This document shows, piece after piece, positions 13,372 through 24,855 of a DNA stretch of 64,000 nt. Positions within the stretch are counted from its first letter, which is position 1, and each line of letters opens with the position of its first letter. Source of the stretch: Octopus bimaculoides (taxonomy: Eukaryota); contig NC_069005.1 of the NCBI RefSeq assembly GCF_001194135.2, positions 34,717,570-34,781,569 on the forward strand. Reading direction: 5' to 3'. Position numbers and translations under genes: made by a program. The notes under the pieces were generated by a model. That model did no database searches. It was not told the origin of the DNA and saw only the letters and a list, made by a program, of their open reading frames with translations.

Positions 13372-15662
13372 GTGTATGTCTATATAGGTGCAGGCCTGGT
13401 TGAATGGTTCAGAAGCTCACTTTGCAACAACATAGTTTTGGTTTCAGTTCCACTGTACAGCACCTTGGCAGGGGAGGGAAGGTTTCTTCTACTTATTGTT
13501 CCTGGTCAACCCAGGAACCCTTGGGGTTGAATTTGGTCTCCCCCTCCACCACCACCACCACTGGTCTGCTTTGTCTTGATTTTTTATGTTTTATTGTTTT
13601 TCTTTTGTTTCTTTTTCCAAGGTTAATATCAATGATGGGACCTGAAGACAGTTGGGTGGCAAAATGGCAGAGAATTAGTAAGTATCTCTCTCTATATCTC
13701 TCGTGTAGTTGATAGTAATGGTAACAACTGCCTACTCAGTTGAGCCCCTCCCCATTATATCACTGGTATACTCTTCTTAATCCTGCTAAGCATTGTGCTC
13801 CTCATTCAGCAATGTCCGAGAGTCTCCACATGCTCATTTGACTAAATTTAGTGTGTTTGGTCATGGCTGGATTCCCATTGATCTTAGCTCTAAACTGCTA
13901 ATAAACAACATCAATCCAGGATATTTCCTCTCACATTATCCAGGGCTATTTTTTACGTTTTGAGGAATATTTTGTTGCTTTTTTTTTTTCTAGGAATCCC
14001 AATAACTCTCCTGTTCTTCTACAAACTCCACCCCACCCCCCTGTAAGCATCTGGCCATAGAGCCATGCCTCTGTAGACATTGGAGCCTGACTCATCGGGG
14101 TCCTGTCAAACCATCCGACCTTGATCAGCGGAGAAGGTGGACATTAAATGGTAATGATGATGATTGTGTGGGAGGGGGGAGATTGAGGTGCATTCTGAGA
14201 TATTTTCAGTAACAAAACTTTATTATTATGAAGCAAAAACATGGTATCAATGGAAATAGGAACTGTTCAGAATTAGAGACCGCTTCCAACAGGGAATGGT
14301 TTGGAAAACAAAATAAATATGCTTTTTTTCACACACAATCGTTTGCTGTGGTGTTGCTTTGTCCATGTTGGCCAGTGAATGTCTTGGATCTCAGCAGGAA
14401 ATACTTGTTAGCTGTAAAGAGAGAAAAATGTTATTTTGAAGAAAAGTTGTAGTTTTGTGATTAATAATAATAATCCATCAAGAAGGTAGGGGGTCAGTTG
14501 TTGTCTTAGGGTTGTTTTAATTAAGTGGGGGAGGAAGAGGAGGGATTAAATGGGCTGGTGTCCTCTTTTCTGTGGTTCCTTTGTTAAGGTATAAAAGTCC
14601 TCTCAGTTTGCTTGGCTGGCAACAGGTTCCACCCCGATTTGATAGTTGTTGAAAATAATCAACATGAATCTCCTCTGCCCAGTTTTTGGGAATCAGTCAA
14701 AGGACCACAATCCTATTCACTTACTGGGGATCAGGTGTGATTGTTCTCTAGACAGGATGGGGTCAACCCTGGGCTAGCTGACCCTTGGGTAAAAGTATTT
14801 CAACCATGCCCATCCTTCTCTTATTTGCAGGGCTTAATTTTTGAAGAGAATAGACTGATTTGAGGGACATTTCACTGATATTTCTTACAGACTCCCAATG
14901 TTGACTCAGTTTTAAAACTTCATATGGAACCCGTGAATGGAAGAAACACCCCCCCCCCCCACTGCCCCAATATTTCTGTACAAAGGGGGGGGGGACAAGA
15001 AATAAAGGAGTATTAAACTCTCTCCCCCCCTCCCCCCATATACCTCAGTATAAACTCACTGATGACATTTCAATAAACTTATTACAATTCTGCTCAACTT
15101 GTTTGTTTTATTTCATACCAGTGATATACTCTGGTTCAATCCATTATTCCCATTGTGGGGCACCGTAATATATTTTGGTGAGGCAATGCATAGGGTTATA
15201 CACAGTGTTTTAGTATACGAATAGAGGGGGGGGCAATTCAAGAATGAATTTTAAAAAAAAAATTCCTTACATCCCCCTCCTGATCAATTTTATCAATTTT
15301 GACACTTTAGAGACATCAGATCTTTTATCTTATTCATAAGATCTGATGTCTCTAAAGTGTCAAAATTGATTTTTCCTTTGATATATATAGTTAGTGGTGG
15401 TGCTATGTGAAGACATTTATTTGTCAGATTAGATCTGTCACTCCCTGTTACCTTTTAAACCGTAAATGATTTTGGGAAATGCATGAACATCATCAAATCC
15501 TGTTTTCTGGTCTCTTATATAAATTCTTTCTTTCTTTCAGGTCGTTTTTCTAAAGGTTGTTACGCAATCTCTGTAACCGGTCGTCTTCCTCCAAATGTTG
15601 TCAAAGATTTGAAACGCAAAGGAATCTCCTACAGGCCCCGAGACACCAGTACAAGAGCTTGA
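8235..15662 (+). CDS. SUPT4H1: Transcription elongation factor Spt4 (DSIF small subunit), join(8235..8303,10275..10381,13622..13677,15541..15662), 117 aa
   Basis: The spliced CDS is 354 nt with GT-AG introns and consistent phases (0,2,1). Translation: [117 protein letters not shown]. It carries the Spt4 zinc ligands C16/C19/C33/C36 and the SWVAKWQR and [10 protein letters not shown] motifs. Confidence 0.97.
9981..10165 (-). mobile_element. 3' end of an RTE-type retroelement with (GAT)n tail, antisense
   Basis: (CAT)n followed by cgtttaacgtccgccttccatgctagcatgggttggacg; the same unit recurs at about 11778, 17090, 17345 and 35030. Confidence 0.65.
10275..10381 (+). CDS. SUPT4H1: SUPT4H1 coding exon 2 ([13 protein letters not shown]...SSNFD-G), 107 nt
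   Basis: Acceptor ttttattttcag|; donor GG|gtaaat; contains the second CxxC pair. Confidence 0.96.
10400..10735 (-). mobile_element. tRNA-derived SINE (CORE-like body) with downstream composite part
   Basis: Reverse complement has a head gcaggtgtggttgtgtggtaagaag...gttcagttc (A/B-box-like) and body ccctgggcaagtgtctc...gtagacggaaactgaaagaagccc; multiple copies in the window. Confidence 0.7.
11740..11880 (+). mobile_element. 3' end of an RTE-type retroelement with (GAT)n tail, sense
   Basis: Ends ccaacccatgctagcatggaaagcggacgttaaacgatgatgatg; reverse complement of the 9981 copy. Confidence 0.65.
12020..12960 (-). mobile_element. Decayed RTE-clade LINE, reverse-transcriptase region
   Basis: Minus-strand translation gives [16 protein letters not shown] (degenerate CPWELLYADD-type RT motif), [28 protein letters not shown] and GKPR*TWD, with many stops and frameshifts. 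Confidence 0.75.
13385..13540 (+). mobile_element. Degenerate copy of the same tRNA/CORE-like SINE
   Basis: ggtgcaggcctggttgaatggttcagaag...caccttggc...tcttctac. Confidence 0.5.
13622..13677 (+). CDS. SUPT4H1: SUPT4H1 coding exon 3 ([18 protein letters not shown]), 56 nt
   Basis: Long polypyrimidine acceptor ctttttccaag|; donor A|gtaagt. Confidence 0.96.
15292..15370. repeat. Perfect inverted repeat, 33-bp arms with 13-nt loop
   Basis: atcaattttgacactttagagacatcagatctt (15292-15324) pairs fully with aagatctgatgtctctaaagtgtcaaaattgat (15338-15370). Confidence 0.92.
15541..15662 (+). CDS. SUPT4H1: SUPT4H1 terminal coding exon ([17 protein letters not shown]...RDTSTRA*), 122 nt
   Basis: Acceptor tttctttcag|; TGA at 15660-15662. 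Confidence 0.96.
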
Positions 15663-15746
15663 GGTGGGGGAACCCCTCACCTTTTTTGTCACCTCATCAC
15701 ATTTTCATCTCTCATTCAAATCATTCCCCCCACTTCTTCCAGTGTA

Positions 15747-15756
15747 AATAAATAAA
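15747..15756 (+). terminator. SUPT4H1 polyadenylation signal (overlapping AATAAA x2)
   Basis: AATAAATAAA 85 nt after the stop codon, followed by a T-rich tract. Confidence 0.6.
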
Positions 15757-15937
15757 AAAACAAAAGAACATTTTTGTCTTTTAATTTGTATCTCATTCAG
15801 TTGAGGAAGTGTGTGTATATATTCATATGTATACATGTATACATATACATATGTATGTATATATATATAAATATATTAGAATTATATATAATTATATATA
15901 TATTTGTATATATATGCATATGTGTATGTATGTCAGG

Positions 15938-16045
15938 CTCAATAAATTAAGTACCAGTGAAACACTGGGGTCAATGCAACTGACTAGTCCCCTCCCGCAT
16001 AATTTCAGGCCTTGTACCTGTGGAAGAAAGGATTATTATTATTAT
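15938..16045 (+). mobile_element. 3' fragment of a second SINE family (gataaattaagtaccag...ggccttgtgcc + (ATT)n tail)
   Basis: aataaattaagtaccagtgaaacactggggtcaatg...aatttcaggccttgtacc...aaaggattattatt; lies between the two stop codons. Confidence 0.6.
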
Positions 16046-16132
16046 TTATGTATCTATCTATTTAGTAATAAATTGAAAACCAAAAAGGCAAATTACAAAG
16101 CCCCCACTTACCTGGTGGTGTTGTTGCCTAAA

Positions 16133-16138
16133 TTTATT
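16133..16138 (-). terminator. Candidate SPATA22 polyadenylation signal AATAAA
   Basis: Plus-strand TTTATT about 63 nt past the TAA. An alternative ATTAAA lies at 15780-15785 on the minus strand. Confidence 0.4.
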
Positions 16139-16200
16139 AAATATCTGAAATATTTGAATAATTTAACTTAAATAGAAAAAAAGGCAATGAAAGTCACCAC

Positions 16201-16348
16201 TTACCCACTGTTGTTGTTGTCCAAATTGTTTAAATAGTTTTGTTGAAGAAATGCCATAATTTGTGGCAAATTCCTCTCTTCAACTGTTGCCGGTCGAATG
16301 CTGATACAGTGAAGCCTTTTGGTTTTATTATCAATCATTCCAACACAC
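16201..16348 (-). CDS. SPATA22: SPATA22 last coding exon, simplest model (CVGMIDNKTKRLHCISIRPATVEE...NNNSG*), 148 nt
   Basis: Acceptor ttctcttccccccag|; TAA at 16203-16201. The stop lies inside a GG|GTAAGT donor consensus (see findings). Confidence 0.88.
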
Positions 16349-19300
16349 CTGGGGGGAAGAGAACGGGTTGAGGGGGCAGAGGGGAGAACAGGAAAAGAAA
16401 ATACTGAAATAAGTAAAAGATTTGCAATTTATTTAGAAAACCTGTTGAAACAAAAGAGATTAAAACATACGGGTTCAATGGTGGACCAATATTCATCCCA
16501 GGGTTTACCAGCATCCCTATTATACCATCTGGATGGTAGAGCTAAACTATCATCTGGTTTTTGTAGAGTCAACTCAGATGGAAATATTTGGTACAAATGT
16601 CTGGACTGAAAATAACTTCCTGGAGACAAGGAATAAACGCCATAGGCACTGTGCCTCCTTCCCAAAAACTCTGCATGGCACTGTGTGACACGGAGTGGTG
16701 AATGAGTGTGAGTACATGTTTTAAAAAAACATTCTGTGCAATTCATGTTGCCTTATTTAGAAAACTGTTGTTGGATGAGACATATTTAGCCAATTTCAAG
16801 CAGCCTGCCATGACCACCTCACAGAACAGTGGATTCTGAGAGAGAGAGAGAATAACTGACTCCAATATTTGATTGGCACTTTATTTTTTTTTTCGACACT
16901 GGATGGCTGAAAGATAAAGTTGACCTCAATGGGATTTGAACCAAAATTTAGCATAAAAGTTAATGGAAGACATTTCTCCAAACCTTTTTGAGTGGATTTG
17001 GTTGACAGAAACTAGAAGAAGCCTGTTGTGTGTATGTGTCTGTTGGACAGATATCCAGCCATAAAAACCATGCCAAAATAGACAGAGGGGTTTGGTGCAG
17101 TCCTCTGGCTTGCCAGCTCCGGTCAAACTGTCCAACCCATGCCAGCATGGAAGACAGATGTTAATTGATGATGATGATGATGTGTGTGTGTGTGTGCATG
17201 TATATTTTTGGCATTCCATGATGGCTGTAAACAAGCGTCTCTGTCATACATGCAATGTTTGTTTCGAAAAAGATACCTGGTCATGAGGAAGCATTAACTT
17301 GAAAACAGGTGAGGAAAGGCCTCTGGCCAAAGAAAATTTGCTTCAATAAATTCCATTTCACTCAAGCAAGCATGGAGAAGTGAACATTAAAAGCTGATGG
17401 TGTTGTGATGAGATGGATGGAGATGGAGAATGGATAGATAGACAGATAGAGATAAATAGATAGATAGATAGAGATAAATAGATAGACAGACAGATAGAAA
17501 TAGATAGACAAATAGAGATAGATGGATAGAGAAAGCATGAAAAAATGGACATTAAATAATGGTGATATATAAATAGATCCATCCATACATACATATACAC
17601 ACACATATATCAATAGATATAGGAGGAGATAAACGTATTGATATAAATAATACTGATCTATTAGGAAGCTAAGACTTGTTACATATTGTTTGTGTTGTAA
17701 GCAAACTCTTTTGAATGCAACTGACGTTTTAAAATTCTGTCAGAATTAACGAGAAAGGTTGCTAACATAAATAAGACTAGACTTAATGAGTTTCTATCAG
17801 CTGCTGAGTAATGTAGCTTGTGTTCCATTATGGCCACACAGGTGATACTATGTCATTGATAAATGGTAATGAGGATTTCCACACTGTCCACAAGACTATT
17901 ACCACCACCACCACCACTACTTATCTTTAACTTTCTCACACTGCTTCTAAATAAACTAAGAGGCTTTGGATAGGTTAAACAGGAGTTTGTAATGGATTAT
18001 ACAAGTGTTTACTGATGCAGTTACATACGTACCACCACCACCAATTATTAGTAGATTACAGGTATCATCATCATCATCATTAGTATTTATGCTCACAATA
18101 CAGGAGTCCATGCCAGGTATTTTTTCGGCAAAATACTCCCTGTATCATGAAGCCTTGTTTTGTATTGATTCAGTTATTTTACTCACATCAGGAATGATTG
18201 GAAAGTTGATCCACAATATTCGGGATTGATTGGTCAAGTTGAGAAAATGCAGGACTGAGAAGCATAAGATATGGGCAAAATGTTAAAAGCTATTGATTAA
18301 ATTAACAACCAGGTCTAACTGGATGGACATGATACACACAACATGCAACCAGGTGAGGATACATAACCATTCACACTACAGATTTACAGACAGAAATATA
18401 AAAAAAGACGAAATGATACAACACTGAGAGGGAAGATTTCACATAAAAACATTGGAAATTCTGAAAAGAAAGAAAGGGAAAGAAAGAAAGAAGGGCAGGA
18501 AAGTGTAGCTAAATATATATTTAAGGAATTTTAAAAATGTTAATATGATGAAATTTAATGAAGTTGGAGAATCTAGTTTATTGCTTTCACAGGTCAGAGT
18601 TCAAATCCCAGAGTGGAGTCAAATATTAGCTTTTACTCTGCTGGGATCACAATATTTATAACTATATTAGGGTCATAGAAAGCACTAAATTCTGCCCAAT
18701 TCTTTGATCCTCTAAATTCAGACATATCTGCTTACAATAAAATAAAAATAAAATTGCTACTACTACTACTACTACTATTACTGCTGTTGTTGTTGTTGTT
18801 TAGGGCTGCAAGGTGGCAGAAATGTTAGCAAAGACTGGACAAACTACTGCCAAGAATATCCATCTTTACGTCCTACTTTCAAATTCCACCAAAGCCAATC
18901 ATCCTACCAGGATTGATAAGTACCAGTCAAGCACTGGGGTCAATGTAATTGACTTTCTCCTCCCCTCAAACTGGCTTCCTCACAGTTGTCAAAGCAATGG
19001 GAAATACTTATACAAGATACTGTACATTAAGGATTAAACTCAAAGCTTGCAAAGACAATCTTCTTAACAACAGTCTCCTTCTGTGTTAATCTACCCCACC
19101 CCACCCCCATTGATTTATAGAAGAATTTAATCATAGGATAACATGGTAATAAACTGCCATGTCTGAGACTTCATTCCCCTCATGGAACTACCATGAGATT
19201 TCTCCAAAACAGAATGTAAGGAATTCTAAATATGGGAAAACCATTCAATGGATATTTACGTAGAAGTCACAAAAGAAATTTCCCCAATTGGGACTTGGTC

Positions 19301-22300
19301 CCCGTGCAACCAGATTCCCAATAAATCTCGAATAGTGAATGTGTTAAATACCATATCACATTAAACATAAAAGTTTAAAATGAGAGAGAGAACAGTAGCA
19401 GACATGGGCAACAATAAACATGTCTGTGGCTGACGGAATAAATTCATAAAAAATATTGTAGTTTCCCCACTGATTGGCTCTTCTTCTTTTTAGGGTCACA
19501 AGAGACTTTAGCCCCTCAGTAATTACTGATACTCTACAAAGCTCAAGTGAGATCCACAATGGAATATTGTCCACAGTTGAAGAGGCTTCTGCTGCACATT
19601 CAGAAAAGGACCACCTGACTGGTTAGCATAAAGTCCTTCACAGACACACTTTAACCCCTGGTGTGCTGTCTCCTCTCTCTGCTTCTAGAAATGGCCTCTG
19701 CTCCTTGGAATTGGTTGGGTCCATGGCCCCTGCACCACACAGGTCTTCCCATCTGAATCGAACCTCCTCCTCTCGTCACCCTTGTTGTAGTCAACCCTGC
19801 CAGGCCCTACACTAATCACAATGGTCATCCTCTGGAACTCTCTCCCTGCTCATGTCTCTTTTGTAGCTGTTAACTTATAAAAGTTCAAAAGGGAGACTAA
19901 CAGTATCAACCTTGCTGGTTTAGAAGGGTCTGTAAAGGGCTTAACTATCATCCCTTCCCCTACACCAAGCAGATGTAGAAAAAAAGAAAAATAACTAAAT
20001 ACAATACACAGCTATTAAACGTGTAACACACAACTATAGACACACACACACACACACACACACACGCAATAATGCTACAATAATATGGTGAGAGCCAGTA
20101 GCCTTGCCTGGCATTAATAAATATTGCAAGTGAGATATAGTGCTTCCTGAAATTTGAAGTGGACAGTTGTTTCAAGTGTAGTGACATGCAGAAAGCAGTA
20201 TCAAGTAGTTGAAGCATGTAAAAGACATCTTCATTATATTGTTATGTTCAGTGAAGAGAGAAAACAAACAGGTTTGATATGGACAGCAGTACAAGCGAGT
20301 GGAGTGGTTCAGTGGCTGTGATTGTTTCGCCTTCACACAACAACTTGCAATACTAACACATCTCGTTAACTTTCAAAACACAAAAGCTAATACTTATTCT
20401 CATTGCTGCAACAGTGAAAGCAATTTAATCTTAACGATTCTGTCGAGGCAGATGTTTTCAAAGACCTCACTTGTAATTAAATAACAATGCACAGCTTTTA
20501 TCTTTTACTGGTTTCAGTCATTAGACTGGCCATGCTGGGGCACAGCCTTCAAGAATTTTTATCCAAATGAATCAATACCAGGACTTATTATTATTTTATT
20601 TTATCAGTCTCTTTTGCCAAACTGCTAAGTCATGGGAAAATAAACATACCAACACTGGTTGTCAAATGGTGGCAGGGGACAAATACACACACACACACCT
20701 CCACGACCGTCTTTCAGTTTCTGTCTACCAAATCTACTCACAAAGCTTTGGTTGGTCCGAGGCTATAGTAGAAGACACTTGCCCAAGGTGCCCCACAGTG
20801 GGACTGAACCCAGAACCAAGCCATCTGGTTGGGAAGCAAACTTTTTACCACACTGCCCCGCCTGCACCTACAACTACATATCAACTAATAAAAAAGAAAA
20901 AAAAGGTAAGGAGGTCGTTGAATGATGTTTCACTGTGATACAATTACAACTTGACTGGTTGTATGAATTGGTCACAAATGTTTGAGAGGCTGGAGAAGAG
21001 TTAACCGTTTATATTATCTCATCAATAGTCATGATCGGTGTCATGACAAAGTACAATATAAAGTTGGTTTTGTTTTTTTTCTACCAATAAAACCTGTACA
21101 ACTGACAAATATTCTCTTAGTTTCCTCTGCTCAGTTCCAAACATGGCTGAGTGGAGAGTAAACAGAAACAATCAGATCGGATTGGCTGGATTCCATTTTA
21201 GGCAGAAATCTATCACAATTCTCAAACTAAATTGTTTTATGTAAGAAATTTGTAACATTACAGCTAAGTTGTGACCTTCATGTTTTATCTTAATCTGGCA
21301 AACATGAAATAGTTTCTACAAGAAATCTAAAAAATACCAAATAAAAGTGGAATATTTTATTATTATTATTATTATTACTATTATTATACCAGTGAGACTG
21401 CGTTTACCATAGATTTTACAAAGACTTAATGTGCTCTAAGGACATTCATTGAAGACACCCAAATCCAATCTAACCAACGCTAGAGAGAACCAAATCTACA
21501 ATGGAACCATTTAGAATCCCCCAGAGATAGGTTGACCAGTTTGCTGCTTGACATGAGGATATAGTTGGACGGTGCTGCCCCCAGCTCTTCTTCCTCACTG
21601 GTGACCAGTGACCTGTGAAGGACTGCAGATAGAGAAAGAAACCTGTTTTGCTGGCGAAGCTAAACAAGTACAGACATATCACAATAATTGTGGGAACGGT
21701 TAGGGAAGAGAGAGAACTGCTGGAAGAGTGGACATTATATCAGAAGCCAGGTCAGCAGATCAATAGAATTAGTGGAGAGTTGGAGGAAAATGATTTGTGA
21801 TAGTTATATTCTGAGTTCAAATCTTGCTAAAATCCATTTTGCCTTTCCTCCTCCTTGTGGAGCCAATAAAATAAAGTAACAGTCAAGCCCTGGAGTTGAT
21901 TCAATCAACTCTACTACTACTACTACTATTGTGCCTAGTACAATGATAGCTGGGTCTAACTGGCCCCTTAAAGCACAAATGACACCAAGAAGTTGTCATC
22001 AGGGATTCCTAACCATAGTTTCTTCTTTCTTGAAGAAATCTGAGAGAAGACCTCAGTCTCAGTTTATCAAATTCTAATTCCATCTCCTGCCGCCAACATC
22101 AGAACTGAATGGTTATAATAAGGCTGTTGTCAATAGTGCAAACAGCTAAAAGACTTACCTCAGCCAATGACCACGAATCAGTCGAGGTAACATCCTATCC
22201 TGGAAATTTAGAAGAAAAGAGAAACAAACAATATAAGAGAAACAATTTATTGGAACAAGAAACCAGGAGACACTGGAGAGAAATCACAGAGAAAACACAT

Positions 22301-23254
22301 CCATCATTCTCTCTCTCATATATGTATATATATATATATAGATATATATCCCTTGCTGTCTAATGTTGCCAACATTGAATGCTAGATGTATTTTCCGATA
22401 AATTACTGACTGTTATAAACCACTTTAGATTTATTGATAATCCACCAAACAAACTCAGCAACTATTCCTGACCAAGATTTATTGAACTGTCAGTCTCAAC
22501 TCAACTCTTCCAGTAATTCTAAACTTAAAATAATCTATTTCTTCTTTCCATTATCATTCCTAAGTCACTCAACTAAAATTGCTTTCCTCAGCAATCAGCT
22601 ACAACATGCCAATGTTTGTGCTAGAGAGTGTTTACTCTGTGTGTGTGTGTGTGTGTGTCTATGGATAGAGTTCAGTGTGAAAGGGGATTATGCTGTGTAC
22701 AAGGTGAACATTAAACGTTGGGACAAATTAGTAAAAGAGTCCAATTCAAGGAAACTAGTAATGACCAGCAGAGGTAAAAAGTAATACAAAGAGTTAAAGA
22801 GTTGTTGCTTGACTTGTTATAATAAACTACTTCACTCTGCTGTGACCAGAGACCATCAAACGTTGCAGTGAAGACAGTCAGAAACCAGCTCTGTGCTTCA
22901 ATCCGTTGCCATCTCATTAAATATCTTCATCAAACTATTATATAAGGGGCGTTTTGATGACCCATTCACTTATATTTATTTTTCTTGTTAATTAATTATG
23001 CTACTTGCAGTAGAACTTTCATGTAAGTGTTTCCTTCAGTTTTGTAGCCCTAGTGGCACCCATCTCCCCACAGGATATGGGTGCCACACATTCTCAAGAG
23101 GCTGGTCTATCTTTGATAGGTTCCTCTCACCATCCCTTCTCACAGGGAAAGGTCAGAAGAGGATGAGTTTGGTTGCTGACCACATGACTATGAAAGGTTG
23201 TATTGGTTACAAACAGCAGGTTTCTATCAACCTGTGATGGAACTGCTCCCGATT

Positions 23255-23285
<31 letters not shown>

Positions 23286-23643
23286 TTTGGTAGCTCCAAG
23301 AGGTGACTTGATTTAATATCCTCTCTTGGTTCTGGTGTGTCTTTAACAATGGAACCACACTCCTGCTCCCTCTCCACCAATGACCAGCAAATATCATGGG
23401 CTCTGCCCCCTCTCGTTAAAACCTACACAGATTATATAATCCAGGATGCATAGCAAGTGACAACCTTGTCTGTATCATTAATATATAATATATACACACA
23501 CACACACACACATGAACAATAGAATACCTACAGAAATGTGCACACAGAGAAACAGCAGCAGCAAAGACTCACAAATGCACATACAATCACAAGACAATAC
23601 TGAAACTCCACTGGATACACATGTACAACAATAAGGGCATAAT

Positions 23644-23681
<38 letters not shown>

Positions 23682-24823
23682 CAGCACTGACCTCCATAAT
23701 ATTGATACAAACTTATTGATTTCTATCTCATATAATGTCATTGAATTATAGTTTTTATCACATTCTGTTGATGATCAACATTGATATAGGGGTGGGGTAT
23801 TGACAGTGAGGTGGGGAGACAGAGATATATAGTGGCAAGTTGAGGGGTGGAGGAGAGCTGATTCGTTTGTCATGTCTCCTCCCCCTTCACAGACAAATAC
23901 ACTGATGTGTTTTATAACAGTGTGAGAGTGTAACAGTATAAACACCAGGTTTGTTGATATGAAACATGGCTGGGTGAGGAAGGAGAGGAAATCATCATCA
24001 TCATCATTGTCAAGGAGTCAGCAAAGGAACCTCTTCGTGGTTGTTTGACCTGCCAGAAATAGCAGTCAAATTTCCTTTGGCTCATACGTTATTGTATTTA
24101 GGAAAATAAAGAAAAAGTAGAAGTTGGTCACAACTGGGATGCTGCTGAATCACAGCCGACCTGGGGCTAAACAGTAGCACTAGCAGCTTCATCATCATCA
24201 TCATCATCACTAGAAAGATAAATAGTATGATCATCTTCAGTGAAGTGTTGAGATATGATGACAACATGTAATGATATTTAGCAGTTGGGAGGGGGGGAGG
24301 GAGGGAGGCCAGGANNNNNNNNNNNNNNNNNNNNNNNNNNNNNNNNNNNNNNNNNNNNNNNNNNNNNNNNNNNNNNNNNNNNNNNNNNNNNNNNNNNNNN
24401 NNNNNNNNNNNNNNNNNNNNNNNNNNNNNNNNNNNNNNNNNNNNNNNNNNNNNNNNNNNNNNNNNNNNNNNNNNNNNNNNNNNNNNNNNNNNNNNNNNNN
24501 NNNNNNNNNNNNNNNNNNNNNNNNNNNNNNNNNNNNNNNNGGGTGGGGTGGGGTGGTGGAAGGAGGAAGAGAAAGAAGATTTACTTCATAGATAGCCACA
24601 TGTGAACCTTACATCTCCCGAGCCACTTCTGTGTGTGTGTGTGTGTGTGGTTCACAATGTAACCCTAAGCTTCAGGGTTTCAATTCCAGTGTATCAACAA
24701 AGACATGAGGTCTCTTACTATAAAGCTTTCAGCTGCTACAAACAATCACGACCACCACTACTACTGTAGCGGCAATACACCACCACCATCACCACCACCG
24801 ACACTGCCATCACCATCACCATT

Positions 24824-24855
<32 letters not shown>

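Noticed and set aside
22711-22917. ORF MRWQRIEAQSWF... inside a SPATA22 intron
   Set aside because: No usable splice sites, and the conserved SPATA22 sequence is continuous without it.
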